A stretch of DNA of 37,015 nucleotides from contig NIVC01004724.1 of assembly GCA_002269645.1 (NCBI GenBank), positions 1 through 37,015 on the forward strand, written 5' to 3'. The notes under the pieces are model-generated. The model ran no database searches. It was not told the origin of the DNA and saw only the letters and a list, made by a program, of their open reading frames with translations. This document shows, piece by piece, positions 8,698-20,271 of this stretch. Source of the DNA: Macrostomum lignano. Its lineage: Eukaryota. Both the position numbers and the translations under genes were made by a program. The first letter of the stretch is position 1, and each line of letters starts with the position of its first letter.

Positions 8698-10921
8698 TCT
8701 ATCTATCTATATATACTAAAGTTGACGTGTTGTTTGTCTGTCTGTCTGTGTGTGTGTGTGTGTGTGTGTCATTTCGACAACTCCTCCTTGAATAGTGGCA
8801 ACTCAGCGTTGAAACTTATATGGGAAGATTGGAAATTATCCGAGGTCGGCTATAGGCTATTTTAATTCTGAAATTTTAATTTCTAAGATCCTCAAAAAAG
8901 CAGAAAACGGCGGTCTTGACCTTTGATAATCTTAATTGTCCCCTCTTTCTGCTTGGAGCTGAAAAAATGCATGAATTTTTAGTGATTGCGCCACAACTTT
9001 TCCCTATCTCTGTAGTGTATTTTCTTTCCAGTGGGGGTGGGAGCGTTCTCAGTGGCTGCGTGTGTACACTTGGACCCTGGCTCACTGGCTGACTTTATAG
9101 ATAATTGCGCAATGATATGGCTACTGATAAGTTTTCCTGCCTTTCAATGGCAGTCCTGTGTATTTGTTGGACATTGAAATTCAATGCATCAACTTGCAAG
9201 CAGGCAGTGAACGTACACTCGATACTTCAATGCTATAAATCAGACAGTTTCAAACGCTAACTGTTCCTCGAGTTTTAAACTTTGAGAGGAGAAACTTATA
9301 TTGCTGGCAAGATCTTGCCACGCAGAGTTCGGGGATGTAAGTTGTTTGCTTTAAATATGAAAAGAAAAAGCACAGCATTTGAAAAACTATTTCCATACTT
9401 TTAACTTTCTGCAAAGATTGTACTTTAATCTGCAAAGATTGTTGGGGGGAGGGTTCAACTTCTCACTGCTGCTGTGTATTGGAGGGTTGATTTAGATTGC
9501 GCAATGTTTTTGTTAACTTTACCTGAGGCTGATACTGACTGACTGTGAAATCGGTTGCGCAATGAATTGATTCAATTAGTTCAATATTTTTATCTGTGCC
9601 TTTTAACACGAAGCTGTGCGTAGTTCTAACCCTAACCCTAACCCTAACCCTAACCCTAATGAATCTGGCGAGTTGAGTTGTTTGACGGAAAAAATTCGAT
9701 TAAGTCAAGTTTAGCGGAGACGATTTCAATGTTTAAATTCTGACGGAGAAGATTTCTGTTTCGTGGAGAGGATTTCGATGATGTTCAGTTTCACGAAAGG
9801 ATTTCCATGGTGTTCAGTTTCACGGAGAGGATTTCGATCATGTTCAGCTTCACGGAGAGGCTTTCTGTTTCGCGGAGATAATTTATGATTGATTTCTGTT
9901 TTATGGAAACAATTTTGATGGATTTAAGTTTCAAGGAGAGGATTTCGAAGGAGTCCAGTTTCACTGAGAGGATTTCGATGGTTTTTAGTTGCACAGACAG
10001 GATTTTTGCTTCGCGGAGAGGATCTTGATGGATTTGGCATCTTCAATCAGTCAGAGAAGAGAGTAAAGAGAAGACTGAAAAGAGAAGAGAGAAGAGATGA
10101 TAGAAAACAGAGTATAATTGAGTGGAGAGATTAGACATGACAGATTGGAGATGATAGGAGAGAGAATAGATGAGGGATAAGAGCGTACAGAGGCAATAGA
10201 AGAGAGGGGAGAGTAGAGGAGAAAGAAAGAGTGAGATGAGGAGATGAGGAATGAGAGAGGAGGGGAGAGAGGAGACAGGAGAGAGTACAGACGAAAGACT
10301 AGGGAGAAGATATAAATAAGGTAGTAAAGATGAGAGGAGAGAGAGGAGAGAGAAGCGAAAGAGAAGAGAGTGAGGAGAGAGGAGAGATATGAAAGGAGCA
10401 AGGAAAGGAGAAAAGAGAGAATGGAGAGAATAGAAAAGAGAGAAGAGAAGAGACAGGGGATAGTGAAAAGGAGGAAGAAAGATGGGAGACAAGAAAGTAG
10501 TGTCAGAGCGTATATGAAATATGAGAAATGAGAGCAGAGAGAAGAGAAAAGAGAAGAGAGAGAGAGGGTTAAGAGAGACGATAGATAAGTGAGTAGAGAT
10601 GACATATGAGAGAGGAGAGAAGAGGGAGAGATAAGAGTGAAGAGAGGAGACAGAAGACAGGAGAAGGTACAGACGAAAGACGAGGGAGAAGAGATAAATA
10701 AGGGAGCAGGGGTAGAGATGAGATGAGAGAGAGGAGAGAGGAGATATGAGAGACTTGAGAGTCTTTGAGCTATGGTCTTTGAAAGATTTTGTAAAGAATT
10801 TGGAGACGATTTGGAAGATAGGGTTAAAGACATGGAATTTCAGTTGATGGATATTTCAGGGAATAGAATTCCGGTGATGGGAGTTCTTCCCCTTTCTCCT
10901 CCGAAGGAGGAGTTCCACTCG
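8698..10921 (+). mobile_element. Array unit 1 (putative non-autonomous Helitron monomer, 2224 bp)
   Basis: Starts TCTATCTATCTATATATACTAAAG; one B module; TAACCC 9627-9659; ends hairpin-TTCCACTCG. Confidence 0.6.
8736..8770 (+). repeat. (GTCT)n(GT)n microsatellite near the unit start (representative)
   Basis: Length-variable; follows TACTAAAGTTGACG(T/C)GTTGTTT at all 13 junctions. Confidence 0.93.
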
Positions 10922-13124
10922 TATATACTAAAGTTGACGCGTTGTTTGTCTGTCTGTATGTCAGTTCGATAACTCCTCCTAGAATACTTGCAACTCAGCG
11001 TTGAAACTTATATGGGAAAACTGCAAATTTTCCGAGGATGGCTTTAGGCTATTTTAATCTTTCATTTTCAATTTTTAAGATCCCTAAAAAAGCAGAAAAC
11101 GGCGGTCTTGACCTTTGATAATCTTAATTGTCCCCTCTTTCTGCTCGGAGCTGAAAATTGGCATAAATTTTGAGTGATTACGCCACAACTTTTTCCTATG
11201 TCGCCAGTGCATTTTCTCTCCTGTGGGGGAATGGGCGCGTTCTCATTGGCGGCGTGTGTACAATTGGACCCTGGCTCACTGGCTGACTTTATAGATAATT
11301 GCGCAATGATATGGCTACTGATAAGTTTTCCTGCCTATCAATGGGCAGTCCTGTGTATTTGTTGGACATTGAAATTCAATGCATCAACTTGCAAGCAGGC
11401 AGTGAACGTACACTCGATACTTCAATGCTATAAATCAGACAGTTTCAAACGCTAACTGTTCCTCGAGTTTTAAACTTTGAGAGGAGAAACTTATATTGCT
11501 GGCAAGATCTTGCAACGCTGAGTTCGGGATAAAAGTTGTTTGCTTTAACTATGAAAAGAAAAAGCACAGCATTTGGAAAACTATTTCCATACTTTTAACT
11601 TTTTGCAAATATTGTACTCAGTTTTGCAAGACGTAATAGATAAAGTTGGGGGGAGGGTTCAACTTCTCACTGCTGCTGTGGATTGGAGGGTTGATTTAGA
11701 TTGCGCAATCTTTTGTTAACTTTACCTGAGGCTGATACTGACTGACTGTGAAATCGGTTGCGCAATGAATTGATTCAATTAGTTCAATATTTTTATCTGT
11801 GCCTTTTAACACGAAGCTGTGCGTAGTTCTAACCCTAACCCTAACCCTAACCCTAACCCTAATGAATCTGGCGAGTTGAGTTGTTTGACGGAAAAAATTC
11901 GATTAAGTCAAGTTTAGCGGAGACGATTTCAATGTTTAAATTCTGACGGAGAAGATTTCTGTTTCGTGGAGAGGATTTCGATGATGTTCAGTTTCACGAA
12001 AGGATTTCCATGGTGTTCAGTTTCACGGAGAGGATTTCGATCATGTTCAGCTTCACGGAGAGGCTTTCTGTTTCGCGGAGATAATTTATGATTGATTTCT
12101 GTTTTATGGAAACAATTTTGATGGATTTAAGTTTCAAGGAGAGGATTTCGAAGGAGTCCAGTTTCACTGAGAGGATTTCGATGGTTTTTAGTTGCACAGA
12201 CAGGATTTTTGCTTCGCGGAGAGGATCTTGATGGATTTGGCATCTTCAATCAGTCAGAGAAGAGAGTAAAGAGAAGACTGAAAAGAGAAGAGAGAAGAGA
12301 TGATAGAAAACAGAGTATAATTGAGTGGAGAGATTAGACATGACAGATTGGAGATGATAGGAGAGAGAATAGATGAGGGATAAGAGCGTACAGAGGCAAT
12401 AGAAGAGAGGGGAGAGTAGAGGAGAAAGAAAGAGTGAGATGAGGAGATGAGGAATGAGAGAGGAGGGGAGAGAGGAGACAGGAGAGAGTACAGACGAAAG
12501 ACTAGGGAGAAGATATAAATAAGGTAGTAAAGATGAGAGGAGAGAGAGGAGAGAGAAGCGAAAGAGAAGAGAGTGAGGAGAGAGGAGAGATATGAAAGGA
12601 GCAAGGAAAGGAGAAAAGAGAGAATGGAGAGAATAGAAAAGAGAGAAGAGAAGAGACAGGGGATAGTGAAAAGGAGGAAGAAAGATGGGAGACAAGAAAG
12701 TAGTGTCAGAGCGTATATGAAATATGAGAAATGAGAGCAGAGAGAAGAGAAAAGAGAAGAGAGAGAGAGGGTTAAGAGAGACGATAGATAAGTGAGTAGA
12801 GATGACATATGAGAGAGGAGAGAAGAGGGAGAGATAAGAGTGAAGAGAGGAGACAGAAGACAGGAGAAGGTACAGACGAAAGACGAGGGAGAAGAGATAA
12901 ATAAGGGAGCAGGGGTAGAGATGAGATGAGAGAGAGGAGAGAGGAGATATGAGAGACTTGAGAGTCTTTGAGCTATGGTCTTTGAAAGATTTTGTAAAGA
13001 ATTTGGAGACGATTTGGAAGATAGGGTTAAAGACATGGAATTTCAGTTGATGGATATTTCAGGGAATAGAATTCCGGTGATGGGAGTTCTTCCCCTTTCT
13101 CCTCCGAAGGAGGAGTTCCACTCG
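10922..13124 (+). mobile_element. Array unit 2 (2203 bp)
   Basis: 5' variant GTTCGATAACTCCTCCTAG; TC dinucleotide missing; TAACCC 11830-11862. Confidence 0.6.
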
Positions 13125-15319
13125 TATATACTAAAGTTGACGCGTTGTTTGTCTGTCTGTATGTCAGTTCGATAACTCCTCCTAGAATACTTGCAACTCA
13201 GCGTTGAAACTTATATGGGAAAACTGCAAATTTTCCGAGGATGGCTTTAGGCTATTTTAATCTTTCATTTTCAATTTTAAGATCCCTAAAAAAGCAGAAA
13301 ACGGCGGTCTTGACCTTTGATAATCTTAATTGTCCCCTCTTTCTGCTCGGAGCTGAAAATTGGCATAAATTTTGAGTGATTACGCCACAACTTTTTCCTA
13401 TGTCGCCAGTGCATTTTCTCTCCTGTGGGGAATGGGCGCGTTCTCATTGGCGCGTGTGTACAATTGGACCCTGGCTCACTGGCTGACTTTATAGATAATT
13501 GCGCAATGATATGGCTACTGATAAGTTTTCCTGCCTATCAATGGGCAGTCCTGTGTATTTGTTGGACATTGAAATTCAATGCATCAACTTGCAAGCAGGC
13601 AGTGAACGTACACTCGATACTTCAATGCTATAAATCAGACAGTTTCAAACGCTAACTGTTCCTCGAGTTTTAAACTTTGAGAGGAGAAACTTATATTGCT
13701 GGCAAGATCTTGCAACGCTGAGTTCGGGGATATAAGTTGTTTGCTTTAACTATGAAAAGAAAAAGCACAGCATTTGGAAAACTATTTCCATACTTTTAAC
13801 TTTTGCAAATATTGTACTCAGTTTTGCAAGACGTAATAGATAAAGTTGGGGGGAGGGTTCAACTTCTCACTGCTGCTGTGGATTGGAGGGTTGATTTAGA
13901 TTGCGCAATCTTTTGTTAACTTTACCTGAGGCTGATACTGACTGACTGTGAAATCGGTTGCGCAATGAATTGATTCAATTAGTTCAATATTTTTATCTGT
14001 GCCTTTTAACACGAAGCTGTGCGTAGTTCTAACCCTAACCCTAACCCTAACCCTAACCCTAATGAATCTGGCGAGTTGAGTTGTTTGACGGAAAAAATTC
14101 GATTAAGTCAAGTTTAGCGGAGACGATTTCAATGTTTAAATTCTGACGGAGAAGATTTCTGTTTCGTGGAGAGGATTTCGATGATGTTCAGTTTCACGAA
14201 AGGATTTCCATGGTGTTCAGTTTCACGGAGAGGATTTCGATCATGTTCAGCTTCACGGAGAGGCTTTCTGTTTCGCGGAGATAATTTATGATTGATTTCT
14301 GTTTTATGGAAACAATTTTGATGGATTCAGGTTTCAAGGAGAGGATTTCGAAGGAGTCCAGTTTCACTGAGAGGATTTCGATGGTTTTTAGTTGCACAGA
14401 CAGGATTTTTGCTTCGCGGAGAGGATCTTGATGGATTTGGCATCTTCAATCAGTCAGAGAAGAGAGTAAAGAGAAGACTGAAAAGAGAAGAGAGAAGAGA
14501 TGATAGAAAACAGAGTATAATTGAGTGGAGAGATTAGACATGACAGATTGGAGATGATAGGAGAGAGAATAGATGAGGGATAAGAGCGTACAGAGGCAAT
14601 AGAAGAGAGGGGAGAGTAGAGGAGAAAGAAAGAGTGAGATGAGGAGATGAGGGATGAGAGAGCAGGGGAGAGAGGAGACAGGAGAGAGTACAGACGAAAG
14701 ACTAGGGAGAAGATATAAATAAGGTAGTAAAGATGAGAGGAGAGAGAGGAGAGAGAAGCGAAAGGAGAAGAGAGTGAGGAGAGAGGAGAGAGATGAAAGG
14801 AGCAAGGAAAGGAGAAAAGAGAGAATGGAGAGAATAGAAAAGAGAGAAGAGAAGAGACAGGGGATAGTGAAAAGGAGGAAGAAAGATGGGAGACAAGAAA
14901 GTAGTGTCAGAGCGTATATGAAATATGAGAAATGAGAGCAGAGAGAAGAGAAAAGAGAAGAGAGAGAGAGGGTTAAGAGAGACGATAGATAAGTGAGTAG
15001 AGATGACATATGAGAGAGGAGAGAAGAGGGAGAGATAAGAGTGAAGAGAGGAGACAGAAGACAGGAGAAGGTACAGACGAAAGACGAGGAGAAGAGATAA
15101 ATAAGGGAGCAGGGGTAGAGATGAGATGAAGAGAGGAGAGAGGAGATATGAGAGACTTGAGAGTCTTTGAGCTATGGTCTTTGAAATGTTTTGTAAAGAA
15201 TTTGGAGACGATTTGGAAGATAGGGTTAAAGACATGGAATTTCAGTTGATGGATATTTCAGGGAATTTCCGGTGATGGGAGTTCTTCCCCTTTCTCCTCC
15301 GAAGGAGGAGTTCCACTCG
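13125..15319 (+). mobile_element. Array unit 3 (2195 bp), near-identical to unit 2
   Basis: Same 5' variant as unit 2; TAACCC 14030-14062. Confidence 0.6.
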
Positions 15320-17901
15320 TATATACTAAAGTTGACGTGTTGTTTGTCTGTCTGTCTGTCTGTCTGTGTGTCTGTCATTTCGACAACTCCTCCTTGAATA
15401 GTGGCAACTCAGCGTTGAAACTTATATGGGAAGATTGGAAATTATCCGAGGTCGGCTATAGGCTATTTTAATTCTGAAATTTTAATTTCTAAGATCCTCA
15501 AAAAAGCAGAAAACGGCGGTCTTGACCTTTGATAATCTTAATTGTCCCCTCTTTCTGCTTGGAGCTGAAAAATGCATGAATTTTTAGTGATTGCGCCACA
15601 ACTTTTCCCTATCTCTGTAGTGTATTTTCTTTCCAGTGGGGGGTGGGAGCGTTCTCAGTGGCTGCGTGTGTACACTTGGACCCTGGCTCACTGGCTGACT
15701 TTATAGATAATTGCGCAATGATATGGCTACTGATAAGTTTTCCTGCCTTTCAATGGGCAGTCCTGTGTATTTGTTGGACATTGAAATTCAATGCATCAAC
15801 TTGCAAGCAGGCAGTGAACGTACACTCGATACTTCAATGCTATAAATCAGACAGTTTCAAACGCTAACTGTTCCTCGAGTTTTAAACTTTGAGAGGAGAA
15901 ACTTATATTGCTGGAAAGATCTTGCAACGCTGAGCTTCGGGGATATAAGTTGTTTGCTTTAAATATGAAAAGAAAAAGCACAGCATTTGAAAAAGTATTT
16001 CCATACTTTTAACTTTCTGCAAAATTGTACTCAGTTTTGCGAGACGTAATAGATAAAGTTGGGGGGAGGGTTTAACTTCTCACTGCTGCTGTGTATTGGA
16101 GGGTTGATTTAGATTGCGCAATGTTTTTGTTAACTTTACCTGAGGCTGATACTGACTGACTGTGAAATCGGTTGCGCAATGAATTGATTCAATTAGTTCA
16201 ATATTTTTATCAGTGCCTTTTAACACGAAGCTGTGCGTAGTTTTAACCCTAACCCTAACCCTAACCAATGAATCTGGAAAGTTAAGTTGTTTGACGGAAA
16301 AAAACTGATTGAGTCCAGTTTAGCGGAGACGATTTCAATGTTTTAATTTTGACGGAGAGGATTTCTGTTTCGTGGAGAGGATTTCGATGATGTTCAGTTT
16401 CACGAAGAGAGGATTTCGATGATGTTCAGTTTCACGAAGAGAGAATTTCGATGATGTTCAGCTTCACGGAGAGGATTTCTGTTTCGCGGAGATAATTTAT
16501 AATTGATTTCTGTTTTATGGAGACCATTTTGATGGATTTAAGTTGAGAGAATGAGAGGATTTCGAAGGAGTCCAGTTTCACGGAGAGGATTTCGATGGTT
16601 TTCAGTTGCACAGACAAGATTTCTGCTTCGCGGAGAGGATCTTGATGGATTTGGCATCTTCAATCAGTCAGAGAAGAGAGTAAAGAGAAGAATAAAAAGA
16701 GAAGAGAGATGAGATGATAGAAAACAGAGTATAATTGAGTGGAGAGATTAGACATGACAGATGGGAGAGAAGAGGGGAGTAAGGCGGGAACGAAGGAGAG
16801 AGAAGAGAAGAGGAGAGAGGAGATGAGAGGGGAGATATGAGATAGAGGGAGACAAGAGAGATGATAGGAGAGAGAATAGATGAGGGATAAGAGCGTACAG
16901 AGGAAATAGAAGAGAGGGGAAGTAGAGGAGAAAGAAAGAATGAGATGAGGATGAGAGATGAGAAGGAGGGGAGAGAGAGAGAAAAGAGGAGAAAAGAGGG
17001 GAGAAAGGAGACAGGAGAGAGTAAAGACAAAGACCAGGGAGAAGATATAAATAAGGTAGTAGAGATGAGAGGAGATAGAGGACATCGAGAAGCAAGAGGA
17101 GAAGAGACAGGCGAGAGGAGAGAGATGAAGGATCAGAGATGAGAGAGTTAAGAGAGGAAAGTAGTGTGGAGAGGAGAGATGAGAGATGCGATGAGAAAGG
17201 AGATGAGAGGAGCGATGAGAAAAGAGATGAGTGAGAACATAAGAGAGAAGAGATTAGAGATTAGAGAAGAGAGGGGAGAAGATGAAAGGAGAAAGGAGAG
17301 GAGAGAAGAGAGAATGGAGAGGATAGAAAAGTGAGAAGAGAAGAGACAGGGAAAAGTGGTAAGGAGGAAAGGAAGATGGGAGACAAGAAAGTAGAGTGTG
17401 AGAGCGTATATGAGATTTGAGAAACGAGAAGCAGATAGGAGAGAAAAGAGAAGAGAGAGAGGGTTAAGAGATACGATAGATAAGTAAGGAGAGATGACAT
17501 ATGAGAAAGGAGAGAAGAGGGAGAGATAAGAGAGAAGAGAGAAGAGAGGAGACAGGAGACAGAAGTGAAGAGGAGAGATATGAGAGAAGAGAGGAGACAA
17601 GAGACAGGAGAAGGTACAAACGAAAGACGAGGGAGAAGAGATAAATAAGGGAGTAGGGGTAGAGATGAGATGAGAGAGAGGAGAGAGAAGAGAGTCACGA
17701 TAATAGCGAATAGAAGAGAGAGGAGATATGAGAGACGTGAGAGTCTTTGAGCTATGGTCTTTCAAAGGTTTTGTAAAGAATTTGGAGACGATTTGGAAGA
17801 TAGGGTTCAAGACATGGAATTTCAGTTGATGGATATTTCAGGGAATGGAATTCCGGTGATGGGAGTTCTTCCCCTTTCTCCTCCGAAGGAGGAGTTCCAC
17901 T
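15320..17901 (+). mobile_element. Array unit 4 (~2582 bp)
   Basis: One B module; TAACCC 16244-16266; long GA tract; ends CCACT. Confidence 0.6.
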
Positions 17902-20271
17902 TATATACTAAAGTTGACGTGTTGTTTGTCTGTCTGTCTGTGTGTCTGTCTGTCATTTCGACAACTCCTCCTTGAATAGTGGCAACTCAGCGTTGAAACT
18001 TATATGGGAAGATTGGAAATTATCCGAGGTCGGCTATAGGCTATTTTAATTCTGAAATTTTAATTTCTAAAATCCTCAAAAAAGCAGAAAACTGCTTTTT
18101 TGACCCCCAATGACCTTCTCTTTGCCACTCTGCCTGGGGCTTCAGCCAGTTTGTAAAAATAGCCACCCCAACCTCCGCCCGCGGGCCGCTGTGTATTGAG
18201 GGGTGGTGGGTGGCGCGTGTTCTGCGTTCAATGCAAATAAAACCCCCGCGAGTTGAGGGGTTGTCCCCTCTTTCTGCTTGGAGCTGAAAAATTTGCATGA
18301 ATTTCAAGTGATTGCGCCACAACTTTTCCCTATCTATGCAGTGTATTTTCTTTCCAGTGGGGGGTGGGAGCGTTCTCAGTGGCTGCGTGTGTACACTTGG
18401 ACCCTGGCTTACTGGCTGACTGTATAGATAATTGCGCAATGATATGGCTACTGATAAGTTTCCTGCCTTTCAATGGGCAGTCCTGTGTATTTGTTGGACA
18501 TTGAAATTCAATGCATCAACTTGCAAGCCAGGCAGTGAACGTACACTCGATACTTCAATGCTATAAATCAGACAGTTTCAAACGCTAACTGTTCCTCGAG
18601 TTTTAAACTTTGAGAGAGAGACTTAATATTGCTGGAAAGATCTTGCAACGCTGTTCGGGATATAAATTGTTTGCTTTAAATATGCAAAGAAAAAGCACAG
18701 CATTTGAAAAACTATTTCCATACTTTTAACTTTTTGCAAATATTGTACTCAGTTTTGCGAGACGAAATAGATAAAGTTGGGGGGAATTTGTTTCATTATC
18801 TGTGCCTTTTAATAGGCTGCCCTGTGTAATAGCCGCCTGTGTAATGAATGAATAAACTTGCGAGCCTCTTTGGCAGGCAGTGAACGTATACTCGATATTT
18901 CAATGCTTTAAAACGGGAACTTTCAAACGCTAACTGCTCTTCGAGTTCTAAACTTTAAGAGAAGAGACTTATACTGCTGAAAAGATCTTGCAACGCTGAG
19001 TTCGAGGATATAAATTGTTTGCTTTAAATATAAAGACTAAAAGCACAGCATACAAAAACTATTTCCATACTTTTAGCTTTCTGCAAAGATTGTACTCATT
19101 TTTAGTTCAATGCCCCCAACACCCGGGTTCAATTTCTAACTGCCACTGCGTATTGAAAAGGGGCCGGTCTCTGTGTAATTGGCTCAGCTCTAACCCTAAA
19201 CACGCAGCTGTGTGTAGCTCTAACCCTAACCTAACCCTAACAATAACCCTAACCAATGAATCCTAATATTTTATTCTTTTTGACGGAGAAAATTTCGATT
19301 GAGTCCAGTTTTAAAGAGATAATTTCGATGGTTTTCAGTTTCACGGAGAGGATTTCTGTTTCGCGGAGAGGATTTCAATGGTTTTCAGTTTCACGGAGAG
19401 GATTTCTGCTTCGCGGAGAGGATCTTGATAGATTTGGCATCTTCAATCAGTCATAAAAGAGAGTAAAGAGAAGATCGAAAAGAGAAGAGACATGAGATGG
19501 TATAAAACAGAGTAGAAATGAGTGGATAGATTAGACATGACCGATGGAAGAGAAGAGGGGAGTAAGGCGGAAACGAAGAGGGAGAGAGAAGAGAAGAGGA
19601 GAGAGGAGATGAGAGGGGAGATATGAGATAGCAGAGGGAGACAAGAGAGATAATAGGAAAGAGAATAGATGACGGATAAGAGCGTACAGAGGAAATAGAA
19701 GAGAGGGGAGAGTAGAGGAGAAAGAAAGAGTGAGATGAGGGAAGAGATATGAGAGAGGAGATATGAGAGACGTGAGAGTCTTTGAGCTATGGTCTTTGAA
19801 AGGTTTTGTAAAGAATTTGGAGAGATGATAGGAGAGAGAATAGAGATGAGGGATAAGAGCGTACAGGGGAAATAGATGAGAGGGGAGAGTAGAGAAGAAA
19901 GAAAGAGTGAGATGAAGGATGAGAGATGAGGGAGGAGAGGGGAGAGAGAAGAGAGGAGAAAAGAGGGAGAAATGAGACAGGAGAGAGTAGAGACGAAAGA
20001 CCAGGGAGAAGATATAAATAAGGGAGTAGGGGTAGAGATGAGAGGAGAGAGAGGAGAGAGAAGAGTCACGATAATAGCGAAGAGAGGAGAGAGGAGATAT
20101 GAGAGACGTGAGAGTCTTTGAGCTATGGTCTTTCAAAATTTTGTAAAGAATTTGGAGACGATTTGGAAGATGGGATTCAAGTCATGGAGTTTCAGCTGAT
20201 GGATTTCAGGGAATGGAATTCCGGTGATGGGAGTTCTTCCCCTTTCTCCTCCGAAGGAGGAGTTCCACTCG
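17902..20271 (+). mobile_element. Array unit 5 (~2370 bp) with a GC-rich insert and an internal duplication
   Basis: Insert at 18092-18260; two B modules; TAACCC 19221-19254; duplicated 3'-module fragment at 19768-19823. Confidence 0.6.

Noticed and set aside
10772-10972. Recurrent ORF MVFERFCKEFGDDLEDRVKDMEFQLMDISGN... in the 3' module (possible captured exon)
   Set aside because: Frameshifted in several copies (20118, 26647, 29329), runs through the junction into a microsatellite, and resembles no protein I recognise. A significant BLASTX hit would reopen it.
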